This document shows positions 24,614 to 38,833 of a DNA stretch of 64,000 nucleotides, one piece after another (the first letter of the stretch is position 1; the number at the start of each line of letters is the position of its first letter). Below the pieces are notes generated by a model. That model made no database searches and was not told the DNA's origin. It saw only the letters and a program-made list of their open reading frames with translations. The translations under genes were made by a program, and so were the position numbers. Where the stretch lies: assembly GCA_964106915.2 (NCBI GenBank), contig OZ066918.1; one strand, given 5' to 3'. The DNA is from Podarcis gaigeae. Lineage: Eukaryota.

Positions 24614-27244
24614 AATGCATGGTATGCCACTTAGGAATCATTGATAAAAGGAATCTGTACCCTCTTCCAAAATGTACCAACTGTTTCAAATAATCTTAAC
24701 AGCAAACTGTGACAAAAAATCATAAAATTTGGAATATTACATTAATGAAAGACTTTGGAATAACTAAGCACAAATATTTGAAATAACTTGGCATTACAGA
24801 ATAATATATTTTAATGGCAGGACTGGATGAACAGATCTCCTATTTGTTTTCTTGAAAATCAAAATAGAACACCATGGCTAATTAAGCCAGAGTAACAACC
24901 AGTAACGTAAAACAAACATTCTTAGAAGTAATATCACAATTCCACATGAAATTATTTTGAAAAGCAGCTTTATACCTATCCAGAAAAACACCATAAGCAC
25001 TCACTCTCTCATTCATTAATAAAAACCCCACCCATTGTTCCACATACATAATACTTGCTTTGATAAAATACGTTATTGGACACTATGTGAAAACTGCCAC
25101 ATTGCAACAGGATTGTATCCAACTATACTCTACTTACAGCTGACACACTTAAATTAATGGATCTGAGGTAGTCATGTCCATTAATTTTAGTGCATCTATT
25201 CAGATTGTGATTAATCTAGTGCTGCATTCCTGCTCACTTCACTCACTAATCCTGCCTATCCCCAGCCCCCAATCCATCTTCTCTGCCAAATCCACTACTC
25301 CTTCCCCTTAAAGTTAGTTGTCTGTGGCTCGCCTGAGCCACCTGCCTCCATCTTCCACTTAGCTTCCCTTCTCCTCACCCTCCAACACTGCAGTGATGGC
25401 CCAGTAGCTTTCAGAAGGTTGTTGTCATGCTGTACCTTGTGGCACCACCTGTCAGCCACCAAACAAACTGCTGCATGATGATAACAACCTTACCTTTTTA
25501 TTATATGTCAGATATGGTATACAATCAACAGTTTCTGCTGAAAGATAAGAAATTGTTTACAAGATTTTAATACTGCATTATCCACTCACAGGTCTGAAGA
25601 TACGCTATAATGAAAAATCCACAGTGCTGTTAGTAAGTGTCAATTTACACAGCTGTTGGAAAGACTAGCCTATGCTGACTTCAGTCGAGGGCTTCAGTCA
25701 ATACAGAGCTGGCCACAGGTACTGCCACAGGTTGAATTCAATTATTGGTACATTTGAATCCCTCTCCCAGGATATAAAAAACCAAAACTGGGCTTAATGT
25801 GTAATTCAACAAGGGAGCTGAAGCAACATTATGGAGCTAAAACTGCTAAAAGTCACAATTAGTCCTTCCAGTGACTGTCATAAAATGGTTATGTGACTCA
25901 TCCAGTTGCCCCTCATGTGTCTGCCTACAACAACTTAGAACTCAGGTTCCTATCCACAATAGTACCTTTTCCACTGAAAAAAATCTAGATATTCATAGAT
26001 GACTTGTTATTTACTTTGAGAAATGTTTCCAACAAAAAACTGGAGCACAATCCAGCCAAAGTTAGGCCCTTTAAAGTTCTAATTATTTCTATAGGAAAGA
26101 GCCAATGAAATGCCATATATTGTGTGATTACTCCCAAACTGCAAACTAGATTTCAGTAATTTTAACAATTAGATTCATAACAGCAAGTATGATCCACATA
26201 CAATCTAAAATCCCATTGATTCCAAAACCAGAGATTAAAACAAATGCTAACTAATCCATTTAAATCAACAGGTTAAAAGTACTTAACCTGGACTGGACCA
26301 TGCCCTTCGTTCATCCAGTTTCCCAGTACATAAACACTGGCAAGATCTGTTAATTGCTAATGTGCTCTTCAAAATCAGCTTTCCATGGGAAATAGTCAAT
26401 CCTGTAGGCATCTTAACTTAATGTGACATTGAGAATGACTCTCAAACCAATGATCTACTTTAAGTACTCAACAGATTGACTGTAATAAATACCTAGATTA
26501 AACAGCAGGAAGATTGGCATGTTATAGCAGCTTTAATAAAGATTAACTAATGCATGCTTTCAGCACCATTGTTATGGAGCTATGAAAGCAGCATTACAGT
26601 TAAAATGTATCCCTTTTTCAACACACCATTATAAGGTCTGAATGCTCTTTTGTTGTAGACATTGGGTGCCTCAATCAGCACTGAGGAAGCACATAATTGC
26701 CAACTAGCAGTCTGCCCTCGATTATATTTGAAGCTCACACCAGAGGCTGCTAGTCAGTCAGTAACTGCACATTTGCACGGTACTAAGGTGCCCTCTGCCT
26801 CCACTGCCTAGCAGTTACGGTCAGGAATTCCATTCTTTCCATTATCACTGCACAGCAATGATTGGCATTTTCCACTAGCAAATCACTTGACTATCCAGCA
26901 CTGTTCAATAACTCATAGGACAAAAGTTTGCAGTTTCTGAGAGAGAATGGATTTTTCACATGGAGATTATTATGGACCATAATGAAAGAAAGCTAAGGGG
27001 TAGGCAGCCCAGAGGCAGAGGCTGAAGGAAATGTAAGTAATGGAAAAAGAAAGAAGTAGGAAGAGTAAATGAAGAACAGAACTTGAGGTAAAGGGCAGAG
27101 GAGGAACTGAGAGAGGATGATCAGACATGGTTCTGTATAAACTTCCTAGAGCTTAAAATAAACTTGATGGGGTCAATATTACAGAGGAGTGGAAGTAAGG
27201 AAAGGTGGTCAGGTTGGCAAAAGGAACTGACAAGGCAGACAAGG

Positions 27245-27308
27245 TAGAGTGGCTGGGGAAATCCAGCCAGATGGGCGGGGTATAAATAATAAATTATTAA
27301 ATTATTAT
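27245..27308 (+). mobile_element. L2 LINE extreme 3' tail
   Basis: AGAGTGGCTGGGGAAATCCAGCCAGATGGGCGGGGTATAAATAATAAATTATT matches the reverse complement of about 56995-57050. Confidence 0.75.
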
Positions 27309-29550
27309 AGACAATGACCTGGTTCTAACATAAGCGAAAGTGAATGTTTGTTTTCTGGTTGCAAGCCACAATATGAAGCCATGATTATTCTTTGCTTATG
27401 ATCCATAGCTTGCCATTATGGCAAAATTGAACAGCCTTGCTTGACCATAGTTTCTTTAGCCAGCCAATCACATATGTTCACTAAACAGAGGGACACGACA
27501 AGAACAGCTGGAAAACAAGCTGTGGCTGGTCTGCTTGTTTGTGAGGCGATTCCTGATATGTTGAACAGACCATGGTTAAAACAAACCATGTCTCAGCATT
27601 ATGTGGAAATACAAGTGAAAAGTGTGATCTGGGGAAACAACGGGTACTGGAGAAATGGAAGGGCCAAAAAAAAAGTATGACTGGGAATGTGTACTACAGG
27701 TGCAGTGAGAAGTGGGAAGTAGGAAATCAAGGAAGGACTAAGGACTGTACATAAGGTTTCAAAGTCTAAAGCTTAGTCCCTAATAGGAAAGTGCTGTCAG
27801 CTGTCATTTCCAATGCCACTGCAGCAATGTGACCCAGCAAGACAAAAAGACTAAATGGCAATTAGCAGTGAGGGTAGAATAGGAAAAAACCTGAACTACA
27901 TCTGAACTAACCAGCTAGTTCTTTGACTACAGGTTTCTAGTATGTGCACACACAGTAAGAATTATTTTTTAACAAAACTGAAAACAGAAAGCTTTCTTTC
28001 CTTAATCTATATAAGAGAAGTACAGCATTCTAATAAAAATACAAGCAGTTTAAATCCAAGGTTTCTAACCTTCTAGTAATTTAATCCAGGTACTACATGT
28101 CTTACACCAGACAGACTGAAACCAGTAAGATTTTTAAACATATGGCTGTGGTTTCTAAACAGATCATTATTTTTCATGTAGCTATCCCAAGTTCCCTTAA
28201 CTTACTGACTGTAAATCCCTTTTAATCTCTTTGCTAGTAATCTGACCATTCCCTAAAGCTCACTTTTTTACTTTAAAGTGATTTGCAGACATTCACACAG
28301 TAATTAGCTATAGGCAATGTTGGTATCATTGTCATCTAACTAATTTTAAGCAGTAATTATTATATTACTCTTCTATTTTAACCAATTTTAGATGATATTT
28401 TATTACACCATTTAATCAGTATCTTATATCTTATTCTCGTTACAGACTCTTTGTATCATGACCATGCCAAGGTAGAAACTTTTTATAAGTTTAAGACTCA
28501 GAAAATGATTTTCTTCTTAAATACAATAGCTTCACATTTAAGGGTAGGGTTCCAAAAGTTACTAGAACACAGCACTTTGTAGAAAACATACAGCAGAATC
28601 AACTGTTCTTAAATATATTTTTCATTCTCAAATAAAAATTTCAGAACCTTAAAGAGACATTTTTTTTCTCAGCTGAAATTGCCTAAGGAATTATCTCTTC
28701 CTTTTCTACAGTAACCAATGAAAGAAGTAAGAATGAGAATGACACAGAGTAAGCAACTTGGATAAGACAGCTCTACAACGTTATAAAACTCACTGAGTGG
28801 ATTTGGACAAGCCAGCATCTCATAGTGTTCTCACAGTTATTGTGAGGATTAATTAAGATATGCCACCCAGAAATCCTTGGTGCGAGGGAAGACTATATTA
28901 CAAATATAGACTGCCCCCCTCAAAAGACTACAGCTTAAGGTATATTCCATAGTGTACTGTATAGAGCTGACAAAAAATAGATAATATTATTTAAATCGGG
29001 TTTTTTGAAAATGTTAATTGATTTCTTCCCCAAATTTCAGCTATAAGAAGTTTTTCTTTTTAAAATAACCTGGTTTAAAATGAAATCTAAACTTAATGTA
29101 AATTTACCATCTTCTAAAACTAAGTTGTCAACCTCTTACTAAGGGGCTTGTACAAGAAACAGCTTCACAGCACATCTATCATTCATGTATTGATGTAATA
29201 AGGATGACAACCATTTCTTGCAGGGATTCCATTCCCAGCCACTGCACACATCAGCGGAGTATGCCTAAACATGCCCTGCCCTGCCTCCTGTTCTTCCCTG
29301 TTCCGGGTCCAAAAGGGCCCACGCATCAGCAATCGTAAGTCATTTGGATGTGCCTAAAATGGTCACCACCTGTAGTTTGATACTTGAGGCCACAGGTACT
29401 AGAACCCATATTAATGCTAACCTGTATCTTACCTGGATCACACATTGAGCCCATGTGGCAGATTATGTACTCCTGTTTCATTCCCAGCTACTTAAGCTCG
29501 GTTATGTGTTCAGTTTTGAGAGTTTGGCATCTTAAAGATGACCCAAAAAA

Positions 29551-29581
29551 TTATTACTATTATTATTACTATTATTATTAT
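29551..29581. repeat. (TAT)n microsatellite
   Basis: Directly visible. Confidence 0.9.
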
Positions 29582-29881
29582 CCACTTCAACAGATGCATG
29601 TTATTCTGAGATGCAAGTAGATGGGAGGCAGGGAATTGTAAACAGTTATGCCATAAGGAAAGGAAATTCAGGGGGGGAAAGCTCAGAGATTCGCAATTAT
29701 CTCACAAACAGGAGCCATTCACAACATATAGCAATTGATAACACAGGATTTTTTTAGCACTGGTAAGCAAATTAACATATATAGTCTGCTAAAAATCCAT
29801 TTTTTCCTCATGTGACCAATAGCTTTTCTCCCATTACATGTGTTGATTGGCTTACCAATGTCAGGAAGTTTATGTATAGCT

Positions 29882-29887
<6 letters not shown>

Positions 29888-29915
<28 letters not shown>
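29888..29915. repeat. (GT)n microsatellite
   Basis: Directly visible. Confidence 0.95.
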
Positions 29916-29919
<4 letters not shown>

Positions 29920-30194
29920 GCCATGAATAATGCAGTTACCATTGTCCATGCATTTTTTGCATTTCCTTCCCTTCCAACCTACTGTTTACATTTAAATACA
30001 CCTTTATCATGCATATCTATACCTGCAACTCAGAATAGTCCAAGAAAACTTATGTCATTATAAATTTGTTAATCATTAATGTGCTTGTGTGCATGTGTTC
30101 CTACAAGAATTCAACACGACTACCACTATGGGACTTATTAATATTCACATACATTCATCTTCCATCTTATGGAGAAACATTATTTTGTATAATA

Positions 30195-30480
30195 CTGTAT
30201 TTTTCCGTGCATAAGATGATGCTTTTGCTAAAAAAAATTAGGCAAAAACTGGGTGTCGTCTTATACACAGATAGTGAATGCAGAGGGGGGACGTGTGATT
30301 AATGGCAGCAGAAAGCAGGAGATTGGCAGCGGGTGATTGCTGGCTGCAGCAAGACCTGCTGGCGATTGGTTGTGGCTGCGGCAATTGGGAAGGCGACCAG
30401 CGGCTTAATTTATCAATTTTGGTTTAAAAAAGTAGGGATCGTCTTATACATGGGGGTGTCTTATACACGAAAAAATATGG
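30195..30480. mobile_element. Tc1/mariner-superfamily (Tc2-like) MITE
   Basis: Imperfect TIR CTGTATTTTTCCGTGCATAAGA / TCTTATACACGAAAAAATATGG, preceded by TA, with internal GTCTTATAC repeats. Confidence 0.75.
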
Positions 30481-31874
30481 CAACTACCACTGCTTGATTT
30501 TGGCAAGTTCTGGAAATTATTACTGCTCAATCATGCACATATTTACTCAAAATAGAGTTCTAATTTCTTCAGTGATACTTGTTTCTATAAAAAAAAAAGA
30601 TGCACAGGATTGTATACTTAGCCTTCTAGTAAGTGATTTTGCTCAACATTCTTAGATGTGTACATGTCTTATCTGTATCTAGGCAATAACAACAACCAGA
30701 TATAATTGTCCTCCCTACCCAACCCTTTTCTTTTAAAACTATTGAGTGCATAACCATTCTGCAGTTATGCATAATCATTCTGCATCCGACTGTTGTTGAC
30801 TTTCAAATTGATTCATGTTTATATGATACCTAGGTGTCATGACCTAGGACCCAGGTGGATGTTGTGGCCCAGAAAGTATGTCAGAACCCACAGCAAACAC
30901 ACCTATGAGCACGGCTTCTGTCACAGAACACATCTCTGATACACAACTGGCCTCAGCCTGCTAAGTGCTGAGTCTGCATAAACACGTTATCGCAGCCACA
31001 ACCACAAGGTATCTGTGCCATTGCCCTGTATTGGCAATGTATTGGAAATATAGCAATCCCTCTACTGCTTGCTTATTTTGCAAGGAATTCAGTGCTTCCT
31101 TGAAGCTCTAACAGCTTGCTAATTCACCCTGCACCCCCTACCTGTGAATAAGAAGGTGAATTTCTCTATTTTGCTGCTATAGCACCCATTGTGGGCATCT
31201 CTTATCAGCTTCCAAAGCAGAGAAGAGCAAGCCAACTTTGAGCAGAATAAATATTTGGAAATCGTCAAGGAAAAGAAAAAGTAAATTTTCCTGACCCAGA
31301 TTAGGCTTCATGTAGCAGATCGCAGAAAAACAACATTTTGTATGCGACAGAAGAATAGTGAATTTACAAACTTTGCTTAAAGATACCTGTTGCCATAGTA
31401 ATTAGGGGCAGGTGTTCTGACCAATTAAATTAGTTTTTGGAGTCCACAAGCTGCCAAAAAGATCGCACATGAGATGATCATGCATGTAATTGTTATAAAA
31501 GAGTCTTGAATTTTGTATTCGGGATCCAGAATTTGGAGAATTTGGAGAATTCCTCTGGATCATTTATTCTTGCTGCAGCCTGCAATAAATATGAACTCTT
31601 TCCATGTCGCTGCTGTCTTTATTTGGCTAAAGAGGACCAGCATATTTCCAGACCCCCTCTGTATGGTAACATGCACACATGGGCATGGTGACATGGAGGT
31701 ACCACCTTCATTATACATCAGAAATAAGTGGCATCCATTTCCATTGAAAGACTCTGAAATGTTTTAGCAAAATTGCTCCAAAATGATCTCATTCCAAAAC
31801 TCATAGAATGGGCTTTAGATAGATAAATATCATTCACTACCCACTGCAATCTGTCGACAGAGTACAAGCATATA

Positions 31875-32100
31875 CAGTGGTACCTCAGGTTAAGAACTTA
31901 ATTCGTTCTGGAGGTCTGTTCTTAACCTGAAACTGTTCTCAACCTGAAGCACCACTTTAGCTAATGGGGCCTCCGGCTGCCGCTGCACCGTCGCTGCACG
32001 ATTTCTGTTCTTATCCTGAAGCAAAATTCTTAACCCGAGGTAATATTTCTGGGTTAGCAGAGTCTGTAACCTGAAGCGTATGTAACCCGAGGTACCACTG
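31875..32100 (-). mobile_element. MITE family B, copy 3
   Basis: TIRs and TA TSD. Confidence 0.9.
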
Positions 32101-34062
32101 TATAAACACTACGAAGCAGATAAAATTATCAAATTAAAATTATGAAAACTTATTTATTGGGGTCCACTACCCTACTCTTTACACACACACCCCTAACTTT
32201 TCTACCTCCCCCAACCTCAGGTGCTTCCTTCCTACTGCCCAAGTTTAGAAGGGGGTTCCCCTTTCTTACATTTTACCCTGGCAGCCAGGTACACTATAAA
32301 GCAAGGTAGCAGGAAAGGCTCCAGCTACACACCACCTTTGGGCCCATGTGGCACCCAGGGGCTATTTTAGAAATGAAGACGGCAGGCAACTGCAGCCTTG
32401 TCTGGTACTTTGCTCTGGAGCACACCCAGCCACTCAGCAAAAATGTGTTGTTTTTTAGTTTTGGAAGGCTTCAGGATCTCATTGGTGTCATGAAAAGTCT
32501 CAGCAGGCACTGCATTAAGAAAAACATTGAAAAATGTACTTAGGGCTGCCATGGTCACGTAACAACTCAAAAGAGGGAAGGCCTGATTCTTGTCTGGGAA
32601 AGTAGTGCATGGAGCAATAAGGTAGGAAACTTAACATGTGTGGACATAATGCAATAGGCCTTTGCACACAAAGACACATACGTGAGAATAAACACTGGCT
32701 GCACTGCACATGTAACCACAGAGGCTGCAAGTTTATATGGTTAGTACTGTATAGAAAATAAGCAGATTACTGAGCTGTCTCTTGTTCCTCAACCACAAAG
32801 CACAATAAAAATATTACTGGCAGGGTTACAAAAGAGAATAAAAGGCCCATTTAAATGCAAACTTTTTTAGTATGTCCAGCTTATAAGTTTACAGTGCTAC
32901 AGTACAGTAACATGAGAAGAGAATGTTTTGAATAAGTGGGTAATTGAATTAACAGAATCCTAAAGAAAGATTTCACATTCACATGCTTAAATGGATTAAA
33001 AATAGAATACTAGAACTGTCTGACTTCACTTTTTAATTTTAGCCTGGTGATGAACTGGCCCTAAATACTGAAAGGCACAGCAGTTTTTTTCTTCTTCAGC
33101 AAAGTGCTCATCATATGTTTATATGAAGGAAATGTAGCATGTTCTATTAATAACTCCTGCAGCCACGGTTAAATCTGTATACCCTGTGCATCAGGAGAAT
33201 GCTTTTGCTAGCTACTATAGGTCAATCAATCTCAACATGCAATTGTAGAACTTTATGGAAATGCAAAGCATTTAACAGTTTAGTTGTTCATTCCCCTAAG
33301 AAAATATGTTTATCAACATTTTAGTTAATAAACAATAATAATGTGCAAAAATGTCAGAAAAAAAATGTGCAACACTGTATAAAGCTTTCATTTATTTTAG
33401 AGAAGAAATATTGTATCTTTAATATATCATTGTGGACAATTAGCCGATTTCCAGTTCATGTCACTTTCACATGTTCATCTGTAAAAATGTTTTATCCTGC
33501 TTCTGCATTTTTAATGGAAAAAATGATCAAAAAGAATAGTATTTTTAAACACGCTCTTTCTCAAAAAATGCATTTCTAAAAGCATTTTTATTCTTTTTTT
33601 CAGCCATGCACTACAATTGGAACATTCAGGAGGTGCAAAAGCTAATTCCAACCCCTTGTTACATACAACTAAACACACGGAGGGGAACCAAGATTGCACT
33701 GGCTAACCCTGTGCTTGACATCTAAGATATTAGCCAAAGGTGTGAATAGCAATGTAAGCTCCTATCATATCAGAGGTCCCAATAGGTGTACAGTTATACA
33801 GACATAGGACAACTCCCACTCTTTGGTTGAAACATGGAAATTAGAGCCAGAAGACATGAAGAAGTGAGGCGCTGGTTCAGCCAGTATGATCACTCTCCAG
33901 GCATTCAGCCTTGGAAGAGAAAGTAGGAACAGAACTACAGGGTGATTTTATTTCCTGCTTTAGAAGCAGCTGATATTCTAAATCTGTTCATCTTTGAATT
34001 TTCAAGTGTATATGTGCATGTATTAATGGAAGGCACTCTATATCTTCCTGTATAGTACAATA

Positions 34063-34288
34063 CAGTGGTACCTCAGGTTACATATGCTTCAGGTTACAGA
34101 CTCTGCTAACCTAGAAATATTACCTTGGGTTAAGAACTTTGCTTCAGGATGAGAACAGAAATCATGCTCCGGCGGCGCAGCGGCAGCCAGAGGCCCCATT
34201 AGCTAAAGTGGTGCTTCAGGTTAGGAACAGTTTCAGCTTAAGAGCAGACCTCCAAAACGAATTAAATACTTAACCCGAGGTACCACTG
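34063..34288 (+). mobile_element. MITE family B, copy 4
   Basis: TIRs and TA TSD. Confidence 0.9.
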
Positions 34289-34400
34289 TAATCTGTGTAA
34301 TCCTAACAGCCCATGATTATCCAAATCTAAACTATTCAGATCATGGATAAATGGAGGTATTACTTGTATAGGCTTTTAAATGTAATGTAGATATATGGGA

Positions 34401-34753
34401 AGGGACGCGGGTGGCACTGTGGGTTAAACCACAGAGCCTAAGACTTGCCAATCAGAATGTCGGCGGTTCAAATCCCCACGATGGGGTGAGCTCCTGTTGC
34501 TCGGTCCCTGCTCCTGCCAACCTAGCACTTCGAAAGCACGTCAAAGTGCAAGTAGATAAATAGGTACTACTCCGGCGGGAAGGTAAACGGTGTTTCCGTG
34601 CGCTGCTCTGGTTTGCCAGAAGCGGCTTAGTCATGCTGGCCACATGACCCGGAAGCTGTACGCCGGCTCGCTCGGCCAATAAAGCGAGATGAGCGCTGCA
34701 ACCCCAGAGTCGGTCACAACTGGACCTAATGGTCAGGGGTCTCTTTACCTTTT
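34401..34753 (+). mobile_element. Sauria SINE, full length
   Basis: Perfect 13-bp TSD TAGATATATGGGA (34388-34400, 34754-34766) and ACCTTT tail. Confidence 0.93.
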
Positions 34754-37700
34754 TAGATATATGGGATCAAGCTTCTTTTGAAATGGAAGGGCATTTGAAA
34801 AGCAGTTTGTAGCATGGGGGTCATTTATTCAAAGGGGGGGCCTCCACCGAGCTAGCAGAAGAAGTACTCTAAGAAACACTTTGGATCCCAACTCAAGATG
34901 AAAAAATGTTGCTACTCCTCTATTCTGACATTAAACTAATTATGTCATGCTGGCATTACAGTGGCAATACCTACTGAGATGCTAACATAAATCTTTGTCA
35001 TTCTAATGCAATTGCAATTTTATCTCAGATTTGTTTGTATCCCTATTTCTTTACTATTCTGATTTCACTTTTACAACTCTGCCTTGCTTCATAATTTTGA
35101 AAATGCCTCAAATGTTGCTGAAATATTTTCTCATAGAAGCACTCAATTTTCAGTGACACTCAATCATCCAGGCCTGACTTCTTGTTTAGCATGTGGATTG
35201 TTATATTCTATTTCCCTTCAAACTCTTCATCTAACACTGATTTAGGCACAGTTCCCTCTTCTCCCTGGCTCAGGCATCAGTAACATCATATTTCTGCTAT
35301 GAGAGTGATGACCTCTGCTTAAGATACTCTTGCAACAAATGAAGTGCAAGACCACTTAAAAGCTGGATCGATGACAGTAAGTGATCCTTTTATTTTACAT
35401 TGGATGTCTTTCTTAAATCAAATATGCTGTCTTATTGCCAGGCATTTTAAAACGTCTTTATAATCTTAGTCAGAAGACAGTATGTTTTTCAAAGGTTATT
35501 TTGATTCTTTTTCTTTTCTGTCTGCATCAGTAAAATAGGTGGTAAACTTTTCAGTGAAAGAGCAATCATTTAAATTAGCTTTTGAAATACAATTTGGTCA
35601 ATACGTGCGTAACAAACTATTGCTGGTGACAGAAATATTCCTGAGGTAGAGGACAACTGAAAGCCTGAATATAAAAGGAGAGAGATGAGCAGCTTTTCTT
35701 CTTTCTTCTACTTGATATATAGTTTAAGAGATCTTCTTTCACTTTGCCTTCTTGTGTTATTAAATACAGGCATTATTTTTAACTGATTTATGGAAGAGCT
35801 TCAGTTTTACCCTGTGAAGAAAAGGCTGAAGGGATTTTAAATTCAGACACAGCCAATAAAAAGTTATTTCTCTTTGTCTACACTGAAATAAAAGGCAGGC
35901 AGAGTTATGTTTTTGCAAAGTTCCTTGCCCATGCTCTAATGTAAATTGATTACACTGAGAAAATCCCAAGAGCAAAGATTTCATTTTATCAGGATTCAAA
36001 CAGGAAAATTCCACAAACTAGAAAGTGAAAATTGTCAAATTCAGTGGCTGCAGAATAATTATCTCAAGTAAGCAGCATATTCAAAAAAAATATTATCTAA
36101 TAAAAATCTTCAGTCAAATTTAATTGGGTAAACTATGCATTGCTAAGCAGCATAACACTTTCTAACAGTGCCGGCTTAAAAATAGACCAATACTGTAAAG
36201 AAGAAAGGAGAATGATAGTTCTGATATATTGGAGCACTTCAGGTAAGGGGCACATGAATTTCTGCTATGATCCATAAGTGAAGCATGATGCGTTAAAGTT
36301 TTTTAGCTCAAAGGTGAGATTTCCTTCTGGGCAACTTTCAGGAGGGGGACAGTGACATGCCAGTGAGTGTTAGGGCCAGAGGCAAAAATAGACAGAGCAA
36401 TGGATGTAAAAGTTGCCTTTGTACAAGAGAATATACTCCCACACCTCTATCTTCCATCCAACGAGCGTCATTATCAGAGTTCAAGGACACATTCCAGCTA
36501 GGCGAAAACACTCAATGTAGGTAGGTGTGAAGCAGAGCCAATGATGGGTGTGGCCTAGAGAGAATGGATATGGCTAGGAAGTGGTTGAGGCATGGAGAGA
36601 GTCCCAAAGACCAGACAGACATGGAGAGCAGCATTTGGCCCATGGACATGACGTTCCTCAACCTGACCTACTGGATGATTCTCCCCAAATGCTCTCTCCT
36701 GAGAAGCATAAGCAACCATTGTGTGTGACCCAATGGCTCTTCACTCATTTGTGTGAAAGGAAATACTCCATGTACCTAATAATTTGTCAATACGCATGCT
36801 AAGTATTTGCTTTGTTCATAGACAGACTACCTGTGCACGTGGTCTTCTGTGTATAAAAAATGCTGCATCACAGATAATACATTCAAATTGACATGGCAAC
36901 AATGAGTAGAAATATGAAATGTGAGATTATGAATCATTAATCAGATGGCAGGCATCTAGCAAAAACAAGTTCTAATAAATTTATTTTTAGGATGCACTCC
37001 TAAAAGTTGATACACCTCATTCAAAACCTTGCTGGGCTCTCATCAGCAGGGCAGAAGTAGATCCCTCTCTCCCCCTTTAATCAATATGCCGCCCATTAGG
37101 AACACCAGGAGGGAAATACTCTTATGCAGGCTCAATAGCTAGCATACTTAATTTCCCTGTTGGGGGCTTTTGGGGAAACTGGGCAGATGTTGGTCCACAT
37201 CCAGTCCTACCAACAGTGTGAATCAAAGATCAGTAGGGGCAGGGTTTCTGTGGTGGCAAGTTTCTATGACGGCAAGGAGGAGGAATCTTGACATTGGTTC
37301 TACCTCTCTGAAATCACAGCTTGCTTGTTTTGCACTGAGAAAGGGGTATCTGGTACTTTCTGTGTCCCTTGGGATAACACTAAGCCTGGCTGCAATCCTA
37401 ACCCCATTTATCTGGAACTAAGCCCCACTGAATTCAACAGGAATTTCTTCTGAAGAGGCATGGTTAGGACTGTGCTGTAAAACATATTTTATCAAGCTTT
37501 TCTTGGTTCTTCAATGTTGAATTGCGCTTTCCCAAGTCAAAGCTTTCCTGATGACATATAACTTACCTAATCATAACTGAATAAAAATGGGGGAGAAATT
37601 ATAACCAAACATTCTTTTTTTCTTTTTTTTCTAGATAATTAAATGCATATTCTACTAACTGCACATCACATGCGACATTTCCCAGCACATCAGTAAGGAA

Positions 37701-38334
37701 TGTTTTTCTATTTTGCTTGAGTCCACAGTTAGAATGCTCCTGGATTTAAAATTTTAGGTCAGTATAACATTCCTGCACATATTTGACCACATCCATAGTA
37801 TACCTCCATTTTTCTATTCTGCTCCCAAATTCCTTCTCCCAGTTTCATCTTCAACCTTCAATCAGTAGCAGACAGTGTAGTGGAGCTACACCACTCACCT
37901 TAACTCCCTCTGTCTGCATCAATGCTGCATACAGGGATGGAGAGATGGAGGAGCATAGACATAGTACAGTATAAAAACACATCAGCAGGAATGTCAGATT
38001 GGTTCTGCTACTGTGTTTGTACCATACTGATCTCACCTCTCACTATTGCAGCAGCAGCAAAGCTGGAGAGAGCTCAGTTGTGTGGCGTACCACTGCATGC
38101 TGAATGTTTCTGCCTTCAGTACTGGAAGGTATCACTTGCACCAAATGCTGAGATATTAACCAAGGAGCTCTTACGATTTTAGAACCTAGAATGATTGTTA
38201 AGGAGATGGTTGCAATGAATCAATATGACATATGGTAAAAAATATATTTCCTTCTAGTCTACTTTCTTGGACAGTATGAATCCTTGCTCTGGATCATGAC
38301 AATTCATAGGTGTACTTGTAACTTAACATAACTG

Positions 38335-38425
38335 CATAAGAACAGCCTGCTGGATCAGGTCAGTGGCCCATATAGTCCAGCATCCCGTTCTCACAGTGAC
38401 CAACCTGATGCCTATGGGAAGCCTT
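38335..38425 (-). mobile_element. CR1-type 3' end fragment
   Basis: CATAAGAACAGCCTGCTGGATCAGG...TAGTCCAGCATCC..TTCTCACAGTG is a typical squamate CR1 tail in reverse. Confidence 0.6.
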
Positions 38426-38607
38426 TCTCCACCTCACCTTTTCTTCCTTCCACTAGCCACCCTTTCCACTACACCTGTTGACTATAGTTGTTACTGGTCT
38501 AGTTCATTTTTCTTATGTTACAGCTGGTTGTGAGCAGCAGGGGGGGGGGATTCTGGTTTAGTGGAGGGAAATGGGATTTTTTTATTGTGCAAAAATTCAT
38601 CATCCTT

Positions 38608-38747
38608 TAGAATTGTAGAATTGGAAGGACCCCTGATGATCATCTAGTCCACCCCTGCAATACAGATAAACATAGCTGACCCATACAGGAATCAAACTTG
38701 CAACCTTGACATTATCAGCACCATGCTCTAACCAACTGAGTTTATCT
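38608..38747 (-). mobile_element. Short tRNA-derived SINE with CR1-like tail (Squam3-like)
   Basis: Minus strand reads CTCAGTTGGTTAGAGCATGGTGCTGATAA (tRNA-like head), then GGACTAGATGATCATCAGGGGTCCTTCCAATTCTACAATTCTA. Confidence 0.7.
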
Positions 38748-38833
38748 CAAAAAGCAGAGAATTATTGAAAATGATTACTTAATTGTGATAACATATTCTG
38801 GTACTTAAGGCATGCATATCTAATATCAGATTA

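Noticed and set aside
38680-38747. tRNA-like sequence
   Set aside because: It is a SINE head with a degenerate B box and CR1-like tail, not a tRNA gene.
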